This document shows, piece after piece, positions 1-8,429 of a DNA stretch of 64,000 nt. The translations under genes were made by a program, and so were the position numbers. The DNA is taken from NCBI GenBank assembly GCA_000997385.1, contig LCBT01000003.1, positions 128,892 to 192,891 on the forward strand, in the 5' to 3' direction. The first letter of the stretch is position 1. Every line of letters begins with the position of its first letter. Source of the stretch: Candidatus Daviesbacteria bacterium GW2011_GWA1_41_61. Its GTDB lineage: Bacteria > Patescibacteriota > Microgenomatia > Daviesbacterales > UBA10151. The notes beneath the pieces are model-generated. The model did no database searches. It saw only the letters and a list, made by a program, of their open reading frames with translations, and was not told where the DNA came from.

Positions 1-348
1 ATTCTTCTCTGCGAGATATAAGGTGCAGCCTTTTCTTGCGTAATAATGATAGATACCCTGTAGCTGCTCAATGTTTTTCGATCCATCATCAGCTATAAAT
101 ATTCCCAGATCATTAGGATAATTTTGTTTTAAAATTGATTCTACGCAATCTTTTATATACCTGGGGTTCTCGTTATATGATGGTATGATTACACTTACTG
201 AAGGGTATGTAAACTCTTCTGGTAATTCTTTCCTCTTCTCTTTATCCTGGCGTCGGTGATTTGCGTGAGCGATAAGCATTTGAAATATAAAATGAGATAA
301 GCTTAATATTCCGTAAAATGTGAGTATGGCCAGCAATAGAACATGCAT
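1..348 (-). CDS. GT2 glycosyltransferase (hyaluronan synthase/NodC-like), N-terminal part; runs off the window edge
   Basis: Not in the ORF track. Manual translation from ATG 348: MHVLLLAILTFYGILSLSHFIFQML...YPSVSVIIPSYNE...QNYP...IFIADDGS, i.e. a TM helix then GT2 motifs. Starts 1 nt after the upstream stop. Confidence 0.85.
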   Translation of the reverse strand, partial: MHVLLLAILTFYGILSLSHFIFQMLIAHANHRRQDKEKRKELPEEFTYPSVSVIIPSYNENPRYIKDCVESILKQNYPNDLGIFIADDGSKNIEQLQGIYHYYARKGCTLYLAEKN

Positions 349-349
349 A

Positions 350-2449
350 TTATTTCTTACGACTATTTTTAATAAAAGTGACCAACCCAAATAATAGAAA
401 TGCGAGATAGGTTGTTACCGACATCGCAAAGATAAGCGTCTGACTATTCATAAAATTAGAAACTTGCTTCAAATTAAAATTTAAGGGTTTAGGAGAATTT
501 TCTTTTTTTACCTTTGGAACAGAAACATGGTAATTATTCGCCAATACAGTGGAAGGGTTTTTCATGGAGGAGAGTAAGAGTTGTACTTCATAGTCACCAG
601 CAACCAATGAAGGCAGGATTATCCGGGCTAAACCCTCAGATCGATGGAAAAACTGTAAGTGTTTTCCATTCAAAGTTACTGATTCCACATATCTACCATT
701 CGGGAGAATGACCTGTAAATTCTGTCCTTCAGAGACAGGTCTTGATACAATAAGCTGAATTCTCTTTTCATTATCTAAGAGTACGTCGTTTTCAATGTCA
801 TTTAAAATGATCGCATCTCGCTCAAGGTAAAAATTAGCTACATCTTCTCCATAAAACCATCGGTAGTAGGTATTATTATTTTGTAGTTGGGTCAAAAAAT
901 TAGTCAATGCATCATAGGTTTTGTAAAATGCGTTCCCGTCATAAGGATTTTGTCCTGACCAAAGCTCCCAGATATGGACATGAAAGCTTGTTTCTTTCCC
1001 TAAGGAAACAAGTAAAGGACTAAAGGTAATACTTTGGTATGATTTTTTGTCTAAAATCGAAGTGAGAACTCCTTTATTGCACGGATCATCGTTTATAAGT
1101 ACCATACGATTTCCTAACGGAGTTTCGATTACGGTAGGAGAGAACTTAAATAACGGACTGTTCTCGCATACATGAGCAAGTTTTACGTTATTATCTGCTA
1201 AGACCAAAAGGCTTTCTTCAGTATACTTATACTGTGGAGCTCGGAATACTGTATGTGGTATGTTTTGACTATCTAAGATACCAATTCCTTTTTTAATGAT
1301 TGAATCGAGCCACTCTTGATTATTACTATTTGGTCCACTGAAATCAACTAACCCTGTATCAAAATGCTCAGGATTTGATGGGTCATCAGTTGGGTAGGCA
1401 TGATAGGTTCCATGCATGCCGAACCTTATATAGCCTGTATTTTTAAGACTGCTAAGTAGGTTGGTATCTAGTAGCTTGCTACGATTATCAAAAATATCAG
1501 GTACCACAACGAACGTAGTTTTAAAGTCAGGATCGAACGATTTAAGTTCTTCAAAATATTTTAATCTTTCTACAAAGTTTTCACTAAATACGCTATGAAT
1601 ATCATCAGCTTCATAGAGAAGATAAGTGTCGACACCAAATGGGTTATCTCCCTTATAGATTAGGGGTGAAGTTACTTTCTCCCCGGTTCCATATTCAAAC
1701 GGTACGATAAAGATTTCCCCACCCCCTTTGTTTAGATATTTCTTTCCCGAAGAAACGTGTTCTAATATTAGCTGAAATATGTCCTTATCCTGATCTAAGA
1801 CTATATATGCATGCGAACCGGTAAAATGGAACGCTAGACCTTTTCCCGTTTCAGAATTAATAATTGCCAATGATTGTCCAAAGAACCGGGGAGCAGACAA
1901 AGAGGTAATATCTTCCCACGCTCCTTTTATATTTGAGTAGAACTTTAGTTTTTCTTTAGGAAAATTTTTTTGATCAAATGCGGGGAGCAAAATTCTTGCT
2001 TTTGTCCATCTTCCAGATGGGGAGGCCTCAAAATCATATTTAATTTCTACAACATTCTTTTTAAGGTTATAGTCAGAAGTAAGAGTCACTATAGTTCCAT
2101 TTTCAGAAACCTTTTTCGGCACTTTTGGGCTAAGTGATTTGATCGCTAACGCTTCTTTGTCTTTTGATCCTACTTTTACTGACTGAGTTACAATTGGAGT
2201 GTTATCTTCTAAAAGTCCCTGAAACTGAAGTGGCTTCCCTTTTAAGTAGGACGTATTATTAACAGATAAGCTGTATGAATTTAAAAGGATAGTTGTTTTT
2301 ATTACGTCTTTTGTTAGTTGCACATTGGCTGTTTCGATTATACCTACCGAATGTTCAACGGCATAAGAATCAGTTGTAATTAAAATTACCCATAATATGG
2401 CTACAACTAATATTAATATTCTCTTCATTTTCATATTCATTTTTTCCAA
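350..2449 (-). CDS. Secreted/membrane-anchored polysaccharide deacetylase-like protein (NodB/CE4-type fold)
   Basis: N-terminal signal peptide; ADD, HGTYH and FRAP motifs typical of CE4-like deacetylases; C-terminal TM plus basic tail. True start may be the ATG at 2440 or later. Confidence 0.65.
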   Translation of the reverse strand: MEKMNMKMKRILILVVAILWVILITTDSYAVEHSVGIIETANVQLTKDVIKTTILLNSYSLSVNNTSYLKGKPLQFQGLLEDNTPIVTQSVKVGSKDKEALAIKSLSPKVPKKVSENGTIVTLTSDYNLKKNVVEIKYDFEASPSGRWTKARILLPAFDQKNFPKEKLKFYSNIKGAWEDITSLSAPRFFGQSLAIINSETGKGLAFHFTGSHAYIVLDQDKDIFQLILEHVSSGKKYLNKGGGEIFIVPFEYGTGEKVTSPLIYKGDNPFGVDTYLLYEADDIHSVFSENFVERLKYFEELKSFDPDFKTTFVVVPDIFDNRSKLLDTNLLSSLKNTGYIRFGMHGTYHAYPTDDPSNPEHFDTGLVDFSGPNSNNQEWLDSIIKKGIGILDSQNIPHTVFRAPQYKYTEESLLVLADNNVKLAHVCENSPLFKFSPTVIETPLGNRMVLINDDPCNKGVLTSILDKKSYQSITFSPLLVSLGKETSFHVHIWELWSGQNPYDGNAFYKTYDALTNFLTQLQNNNTYYRWFYGEDVANFYLERDAIILNDIENDVLLDNEKRIQLIVSRPVSEGQNLQVILPNGRYVESVTLNGKHLQFFHRSEGLARIILPSLVAGDYEVQLLLSSMKNPSTVLANNYHVSVPKVKKENSPKPLNFNLKQVSNFMNSQTLIFAMSVTTYLAFLLFGLVTFIKNSRKK

Positions 2450-2456
2450 TCAAAAA

Positions 2457-2502
2457 CCCGACCATAGCAGTGTAGTTTTATAACCCTCCGTTTGTGGTCG
2501 GG
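2457..2502 (-). terminator. Hairpin with U-tract in the leader of the deacetylase gene
   Basis: Minus strand reads CCCGACCA-N30-TGGTCGGG-TTTTT just before the CDS. Confidence 0.35.
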
Positions 2503-2522
2503 CAGTTTTATTTATGAAGCTA

Positions 2523-2543
2523 TTGTAGCACAAAATGCTACAA
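2523..2543. promoter_or_regulatory. Candidate operator between divergent genes
   Basis: Perfect inverted repeat TTGTAGCA-N5-TGCTACAA upstream of the XRE gene. Confidence 0.45.
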
Positions 2544-2600
2544 GCAGAAGCTGGTCTGTCAGTCCCTTTTTACCTAACCTAAGTCACAGGTGGTAAAAAG

Positions 2601-2819
2601 ATGTCAGTATCTTCAATTCATGTAAAATTTGGTAAAAGGGTACAAGAGCTTCGAAAGCAAAAAGGACTAACCCAAGAAGATCTAGCAGACCTTGTAAGTG
2701 TTGACAGAAGCTATATGGGTTTTGTTGAGAGAGGGGAGCGAAATCCAACACTTGATAAGCTCGTAAAAATTGCTAAAGCACTTAAAATTACACTATCCGA
2801 ACTATTTCAGGGTGTGTAG
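2601..2819 (+). CDS. XRE/Cro-family HTH transcriptional regulator
   Basis: 72 aa with LRKQKGLTQEDLA...RSYMGFVERGERNPTL. Confidence 0.92.
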   Translation: MSVSSIHVKFGKRVQELRKQKGLTQEDLADLVSVDRSYMGFVERGERNPTLDKLVKIAKALKITLSELFQGV

Positions 2820-2891
2820 TTTACCCGAAATGTCGTACCTGTTCAAATCTATTCTTTACTTTACTGAGAATTATTAGTATTCTTCAGCTAA

Positions 2892-3941
2892 ATGGCTAAG
2901 GCAGATCGTTTAAAATTAATAGCTTCCTTAGAGAAAGCAAGAGGTTCTAAGGTTATTTCTTATATTGGAGCAACAAGACAAGGGATCGGGTATGAAATGT
3001 CGCAATTAGATATAAGGATAATTTACGATCATCTTTACCAAATAAAAAAGAAGGAAAAAATTGATTTGCTGATCAATAGTTTTGGTGGAGATGTTACCTT
3101 TGCTTGGAGATTAGTTCATCTAATTAGGGAATTTTCGAGCGAGTTTAATGTTTTAATTCCGCTTCATGCTTTTAGTGCTGCTACCCTTATAGCCCTTGGG
3201 GCAGATTCCATAGTTATGCTTCCTGGATCATGTTTAGGTCCAACCGATCCACAGTCACGTAATGTATTTAACCCCTCAGAAGGTGCAAGTAAATTGCCTA
3301 TTCAAGTAGAAGATATTGCTTCTTACATAAATTTTCTAAAAGAGGATTTTGGTTTAAAAAGTGAATCTAGCTTCGTTGAATCTCTCAAGTTACTTTCACA
3401 GTCCGACAACAGGATACACCCCTTAGCTCTTGGTGCTTCTAAAAGGGGATCCCAATTAGCAAGACGGTATGCTCAAGATTTATTAGGTCTTCATATGAAG
3501 AAAAATAGCGATAAAGAAAAGATCACAAAGATAGTCGAAATGTTTAGTTCTAAACTTCTTGCACACGATCATCCAATAAATAGGGATGAGGCAGGGAAAT
3601 ATGGTTTAAAGATAAAGAAAGAGAAGCCAGAAATAGAAGGTTTAATTTGGGAACTATTTAATAAATATGAGGTTGAATTACAACTTGATGAGTTCTTTAG
3701 TCCAATAACAGAGTTTAAGAAAGTACAACCAAACATTCCACTCTCTCTAGGTAATCAATTACAACCAAAAGTAGAAGAAATATCTGTAGAATTAGCTGTT
3801 ATTGAGAGTGTTGAATATACTGATGTGAACAGTCAAGTCTTACAGGTGCAAGGATTAAAATTTCTTGATGGTTCTGGTAATATTAACGAGAATTATAGTT
3901 GGATTACCAAAAAGCAGGATTGGGAAAGACAAACAACTTAG
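2892..3941 (+). CDS. SDH-family Clp-fold serine protease
   Basis: INSFGGD, AFSAATLIALGAD (Ser), LGPTDPQ (Asp) and HDHPI (His). Confidence 0.85.
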   Translation: MAKADRLKLIASLEKARGSKVISYIGATRQGIGYEMSQLDIRIIYDHLYQIKKKEKIDLLINSFGGDVTFAWRLVHLIREFSSEFNVLIPLHAFSAATLIALGADSIVMLPGSCLGPTDPQSRNVFNPSEGASKLPIQVEDIASYINFLKEDFGLKSESSFVESLKLLSQSDNRIHPLALGASKRGSQLARRYAQDLLGLHMKKNSDKEKITKIVEMFSSKLLAHDHPINRDEAGKYGLKIKKEKPEIEGLIWELFNKYEVELQLDEFFSPITEFKKVQPNIPLSLGNQLQPKVEEISVELAVIESVEYTDVNSQVLQVQGLKFLDGSGNINENYSWITKKQDWERQTT

Positions 3942-4004
3942 ACCATTACAATTTTGTTACTAAAGTGTCATACTATTTTAGTAGACATTTGATATTAATT
4001 ATTT

Positions 4005-4208
4005 ATGTTATTTTCTAAACTCTTTACTGGTCAGCAGAATAGTCAACCTTTGAATCCTTCTACTAAAGTTCAGGCTAGAACAATACATTTGTCTGCCAGT
4101 CAGCTTAAGAAAAAGAAACCGCTTAATACGAAAAAATTATTCACTTCTCTTGGAGAAGTTTCCTTTAAGTCTGCTTTAAACACCTATAGCATTCCCAAAA
4201 CAGAATGA
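4005..4208 (+). CDS. Small basic hypothetical protein
   Basis: 67-aa ORF directly downstream of the protease, same strand. Confidence 0.5.
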   Translation: MLFSKLFTGQQNSQPLNPSTKVQARTIHLSASQLKKKKPLNTKKLFTSLGEVSFKSALNTYSIPKTE

Positions 4209-4270
4209 TAATACTATGGGTATGGTATGCTGAGTAAGTAACCCATCCTATCCAATTAACATCAGATGAG

Positions 4271-4824
4271 TTGGAGCTTGTAATCCAGCATTATCGTAAA
4301 CCTTTAAGTGAAGATATACGTTTAAGATCCCACTCTGTAATTCTTGTCAGTAAAGGGTATACTTTTGGAGAGATAGCAGAGATTTTACTCACCAGCGAAC
4401 AAACAGTTTACCGGTGGATTAAGGCATTCCAGAAAGAACGCATTGCCTCCTTGTTCCCCAAATACCTTAACAATCAGCATGCAGCGAAACTGACCAGGGA
4501 ACAAAAAGAGGAAATTGGGAGCATCCTTAAACAGCCACCCTCAGATTATGGCATCCCAAGTAAGTTCTGGGACATCTCATCCCTCAAAACATATATCAAA
4601 GCAGAATTTGGAGTTGAATATGAATCAGATGAATCCTACAGACTGATATTTTTATTGCATAACTACTCATTCCATCTTCCTGGTACTTTTGACATACATA
4701 GAAATGAACAACTGGTGGAAAAAAGAATTACTGAGATAAAATCAGAAATACAGCCATTTATGGAAACATGGAAAGTTCTGATTGGCTGGTATTTGCCTCA
4801 GATGAGTGCCGGATAGTCTGGGAA
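4271..4824 (+). pseudogene. IS630-family transposase remnant (frameshifted and truncated)
   Basis: HTH (IAEIL...TVYRW) and winged helix (WDISSLKTYIKAEFGVEYES). An 8-nt duplication (ATGGAAAcATGGAAA, 4760-4774) shifts the frame; the alternative frame gives DWLVFASDECRIVWE, the first DDE motif, and similarity ends there. Confidence 0.8.
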
Positions 4825-4933
4825 TACCGGTGGTGATGGTGTAAGGTATGGTGGCAGCAGAAACTGGAGGTGGGAAAAAGAAGACAAGAGAAAAAACCAG
4901 CAGTAAGGATAATCCAGCAATCCACTTTATCAT
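4742..4933 (-). pseudogene. Truncated secreted-protein gene (signal peptide only) fused to the IS remnant
   Basis: MIKWIAGLSLLLVFSLVFFFPPPVSA-AT signal peptide; after about 36 codons the ORF reads into antisense IS sequence. Confidence 0.5.
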
Positions 4934-5028
4934 CTAATTGGAGTTTATGACAAGGAATGACTAGATTACAAGTAGTGATATTAAAAACTGACTAGCAAGG
5001 ACTTGCCAATTGTGGTATATTCTAATTT

Positions 5029-5436
5029 ATGGATGAGAAAAAGAATAAAAGAATCTTAATTGTTGAAGATGACCAGTTCCTCCGGGATTTTTATCAGGAA
5101 CTTTTAACCTCTGAAGGCTACAGTGTAGATGTGGCAGCTGATGGGGAAGTGGCTCTGCAAAAGATTGTCCAGGGAGGCTGGAGCTTAATTTTACTGGATA
5201 TTATGCTGCCTAAAAAAGACGGACTGCAAATTCTGCGTGACTTAAAGATTCAATCAGTGGCTCAACCTAACGGGCCTATTGTAGCTTTGACTAACTTAGG
5301 CCATGATGCGGTGATTGATCAGGCTTTTGATCTGGGAGCTAACGGCTATCTCATTAAATCAGCCATGAATCCTGATGAAGTTTTAATTGAAATTAACAGC
5401 TACCTTCAAAAGAATGGCACTAAAGCTACTTCTTAA
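5029..5436 (+). CDS. Single-domain response regulator (receiver only)
   Basis: ILIVEDD, LLDIMLP (phospho-Asp), ALTN, YLIK. Confidence 0.92.
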   Translation: MDEKKNKRILIVEDDQFLRDFYQELLTSEGYSVDVAADGEVALQKIVQGGWSLILLDIMLPKKDGLQILRDLKIQSVAQPNGPIVALTNLGHDAVIDQAFDLGANGYLIKSAMNPDEVLIEINSYLQKNGTKATS

Positions 5437-6193
5437 AGTTGTTTGGGAAGACAACTCTCTAGCAGTTTTTGATAAACCTCCCGGATTGGTAGTAACTACT
5501 TCAGAGACCCACCAGGAACCTACTTTGGAGGATATTTTAGTCTCGCAAGGCTCAACCCTGGAGCGTGGCGGAATTGTCCACCGTTTGGATAAAGATACTT
5601 CCGGGCTTATCTTGGTAGCTAAAAGATCGGAAGTTTTTGAAAACCTTCAATCTCAATTTAAAGAGCGGACTGTTTCCAAACAGTATCTGGCTTTGGTTCA
5701 CGGGCGGGTAGAAAAAGGAGGCAGGGTTGAAGCTCCTATTATCAGAAACCCCGGAGACAGGGAGAAGTTTGTGGTGGTTGAGGGATCAGGTATTGAAGGT
5801 CGGGAAGCTGTAACTGAGTATAAACCGGAAAAATTATTGGTTATGAGTGATGAGATATTAGAAAAGATCTTTGAAGGCTTTACCAAAATTCAATTCAAAA
5901 AACTGCAAACTGCAAACTATAAACTATTTACCCTTTTAAAGTGTAAACCCCTGACTGGACGGACCCATCAAATTAGGGTACATTTAAAGTACTTAGGGTT
6001 TCCCATTGTTGCTGACAGCAAGTATGGAGGGAGAAAGACTGTCAGGTTGGATCATCGATGGTGTCCCAGACAATTCTTGCATGCCTCTGTTTTGGAGTTT
6101 AACCATCCTCAGACAGGGGAGAGAATAAGACTGGAAAGCAAGTTACCAGAAGACTTAGAGAAAGTGTTGAGTTGTTTAGAGAAAGTTAAGTAA
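5414..6193 (+). CDS. RluA/RluD-family pseudouridine synthase
   Basis: KPPGL, HRLDKDTSG, TGRTHQIRVH, FLHA; start moved to the ATG at 5414. Confidence 0.93.
   Translation: MALKLLLKVVWEDNSLAVFDKPPGLVVTTSETHQEPTLEDILVSQGSTLERGGIVHRLDKDTSGLILVAKRSEVFENLQSQFKERTVSKQYLALVHGRVEKGGRVEAPIIRNPGDREKFVVVEGSGIEGREAVTEYKPEKLLVMSDEILEKIFEGFTKIQFKKLQTANYKLFTLLKCKPLTGRTHQIRVHLKYLGFPIVADSKYGGRKTVRLDHRWCPRQFLHASVLEFNHPQTGERIRLESKLPEDLEKVLSCLEKVK
5900..5927 (+). repeat. In-frame heptamer tandem repeat
   Basis: AAACTGC AAACTGC AAACTAT AAACTAT. Confidence 0.8.
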
Positions 6194-6290
6194 AAAATTA
6201 CTATATAGCAGAAGAAAGATATGTGGTGGACAATTCGGTAGTAGGACTATTGTTAAAAAGGGGGTATGTGCCGAATTAGTCCAAATATAT

Positions 6291-8009
6291 ATGGAGGGGA
6301 CAAATTCTTTATTTTTACAACTGGCTGTAGTCTTGGGGCTTTCAGCTGCCTTGGGCTTTATAGTCAGATCATTCCGCCTGCCTCTTTTGGTATCTTATCT
6401 GGTGGCTGGACTGCTTTTATCCCTGTTTCAAGTTTTTGATATCTCCCACTCTGAAGTTTTAACTTTTATGCCGGAGATCGGCATTGCTTTGGTACTGTTT
6501 TTTGTGGGCATGGAGCTGGATATGAAGGAGATTAAAAATTTAGGGAAACCGATTATTGCTGCCGGGCTGGGCCAAATTATCTTTTCCACCATGGCTGGTT
6601 TTGTTATAGCCCAAGCTTTAGGGTTTTCGGAAGGGGAAAGCTTTTACCTTGGAGCAGGTTTAGCTTTCTCTTCCACTATAGTGGTGGTTAAACTTCTGCT
6701 GGAGAAAAAAGATTTAAGTTCACTTTATGGTAAATTAGGTGTGGGGATTTTACTGCTTGAGGACTTGGTGGCAGTTATTTTATTGATGGTGATGACGGTG
6801 GGCAGCTCTTTTTTGGATAGCGGACTGCAAAGTAACTTTCCGCTGGTTGCTTTATTTATTAAAGGCGCAATATTGATGGTTTTGGCTTTTGGCCTGGCCA
6901 AATATGTTTTAGAAACAGTTTTTACGGCAGTAGCCAGATCAGCGGAACTTCTCTTTCTCTCTGCCGTAGCTTGGTGCTTTGTCTTTGTGGCTGCCTCACT
7001 TCTTTTGGGATTTTCCGTAGTCATCGGCGCCTTTTTGGCAGGGATCGCTTTGGCTAACTCGCCTTTTCACTTCGAAATCCAGGGGAAGGTTAAACCGCTC
7101 AGGGATTTCTTTGTAACTCTCTTTTTTGTTTACCTGGGATCACAGGTGGTTTTCCAGCATCTTGGATCAGTGCTGCCTTTAATCCTTATTTTTACCGTTT
7201 ATGCTTTAGTAATCAAACCCACCATTTTTTTGCTGATTTTAGGTTTGTTTGGGTTTAGGAAACATACCATCTTTAATACCGCTATTGGCCTGTCTCAGGT
7301 ATCGGAATTTTCCTTAATTGTGATGGTTGTGGGATTTAATTTAGGGATCGTTTCCCAGGCAGCCTTAACTGCCATGGCTTTAACCGGAGTCATCTCGATT
7401 ATTGCTTCCTCGATTATGATTACTTACTCAAAAATTATTTATAAAAAGATAGTTCCGGTGGTGAGTTTTTTTGAGCGTGGGGGATTTGTGCATCAACTTG
7501 AAAGTGTTTTGGGAGACGTAAGTTTAGAAAACCATGTTATTTTAATCGGAGCCCACCGGATGGGAGGAGAGGTTATTAAATTTTTAAAGAGAGAGAAGAT
7601 CCCCTTTTTAGTGTTGGATTTTAATCCGCGGGTGATCAAAAAGCTAATAGAGGAAAAGGTTCATGCTTTGTATGGAGATTTGGGAGATCCGGAGATTTTG
7701 GATTTTTTAAATCTGGAAAATAGTAAACTGATTATTTCTACTGCTGCCGATATTGATGACAACTTGATGTTACTTTCTGAACTGAAAAGAAGGAAGGCCA
7801 AGGCCATTACTATTTTGCGGGCTTCTTCACCGGATGAGGCTGAAAGCCTGTATAAGTTAGGTGCGGATTATGTCATCTTGCCGGAGGTAGTCTCCGGTGA
7901 CTTTGTAGCCCAGGTTTTAAAAGACCACTGGCCGGAAATGAAATTCTTCAAAGACCGTTCCGAGATAGAGCTGAACAAATTATCCCGTAACCACCTCGCT
8001 TTTGAGTAA
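6291..8009 (+). CDS. CPA2-family cation:proton antiporter with C-terminal TrkA-N/RCK domain (KefB-like)
   Basis: About 12-13 TM helices, AFSSTIVV, LLLEDL, LSQVSEFS; C-terminal VILIGAHRMG and YGD. Confidence 0.9.
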   Translation: MEGTNSLFLQLAVVLGLSAALGFIVRSFRLPLLVSYLVAGLLLSLFQVFDISHSEVLTFMPEIGIALVLFFVGMELDMKEIKNLGKPIIAAGLGQIIFSTMAGFVIAQALGFSEGESFYLGAGLAFSSTIVVVKLLLEKKDLSSLYGKLGVGILLLEDLVAVILLMVMTVGSSFLDSGLQSNFPLVALFIKGAILMVLAFGLAKYVLETVFTAVARSAELLFLSAVAWCFVFVAASLLLGFSVVIGAFLAGIALANSPFHFEIQGKVKPLRDFFVTLFFVYLGSQVVFQHLGSVLPLILIFTVYALVIKPTIFLLILGLFGFRKHTIFNTAIGLSQVSEFSLIVMVVGFNLGIVSQAALTAMALTGVISIIASSIMITYSKIIYKKIVPVVSFFERGGFVHQLESVLGDVSLENHVILIGAHRMGGEVIKFLKREKIPFLVLDFNPRVIKKLIEEKVHALYGDLGDPEILDFLNLENSKLIISTAADIDDNLMLLSELKRRKAKAITILRASSPDEAESLYKLGADYVILPEVVSGDFVAQVLKDHWPEMKFFKDRSEIELNKLSRNHLAFE

Positions 8010-8054
8010 TCTATACCCCTTGATTTAAGATCAGATTTTGCCTAAACTAAAGTT

Positions 8055-8216
8055 GTGGGGAATATTAAGAAGATCCTTTTTGTTAGTGTTACAGCCATAG
8101 CCGGGTTACTTTTAACCTTAGCTGGCTTAAACTTAATTGAGTTATCTTCTAGTTTAATCTTATACTCTGGCTTGGGGTTATTATCGTTATCAGTAATAAT
8201 TTATTTTTTAAATTAG
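8055..8216 (+). CDS. Small 2-TM membrane protein (53 aa)
   Basis: Manual translation from GTG: MGNIKKILFVSVTAIAGLLLTLAGLNLIELSSSLILYSGLGLLSLSVIIYFLN*; TAAACT-like -10 just upstream. Confidence 0.55.
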   Translation: MGNIKKILFVSVTAIAGLLLTLAGLNLIELSSSLILYSGLGLLSLSVIIYFLN

Positions 8217-8260
8217 GTAGTCTGCGTTAAAGCTATGGTGAACCAAGGAGGTGAAAAATA

Positions 8261-8395
8261 GTGGGAAGTAGTGGTTTTTTTAAGGGGGAGAAGAAAAAAA
8301 GGAAAAAAGGCCAGGAAGGGAGCAGCTCTTCTGGTCTTGCACCGGCTTTTGTTCCTCCCCAAATAATTGGCAAAGGAAAAAAGGAAGGTAAATAA
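8261..8395 (+). CDS. Small lysine-rich protein (44 aa)
   Basis: Strong SD AAGGAGGTGA before GTG; MGSSGFFKGEKKKRKKGQEGSSSSGLAPAFVPPQIIGKGKKEGK*. Confidence 0.7.
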   Translation: MGSSGFFKGEKKKRKKGQEGSSSSGLAPAFVPPQIIGKGKKEGK

Positions 8396-8423
8396 AAAAG
8401 GCCGAAGAGACGGATTCGGTTTT
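8396..8423 (+). terminator. Possible intrinsic terminator
   Basis: AAAA-GGCCGAA-N8-TTCGGTT-TT right after the 44-aa ORF. Confidence 0.35.
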
Positions 8424-8429
8424 CAAAAT

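Noticed and set aside
4760-4774. Programmed frameshift in IS630
   Set aside because: The shift is explained by an 8-nt duplication rather than a slippery A-run, and the DDE domain is truncated anyway.
8367-8429. ORF-track N-terminal extensions (also 48230-48382, 48603-48638, 52274-52303, 61051-61254)
   Set aside because: They overlap better-supported genes or promoters; downstream ATGs match family starts.
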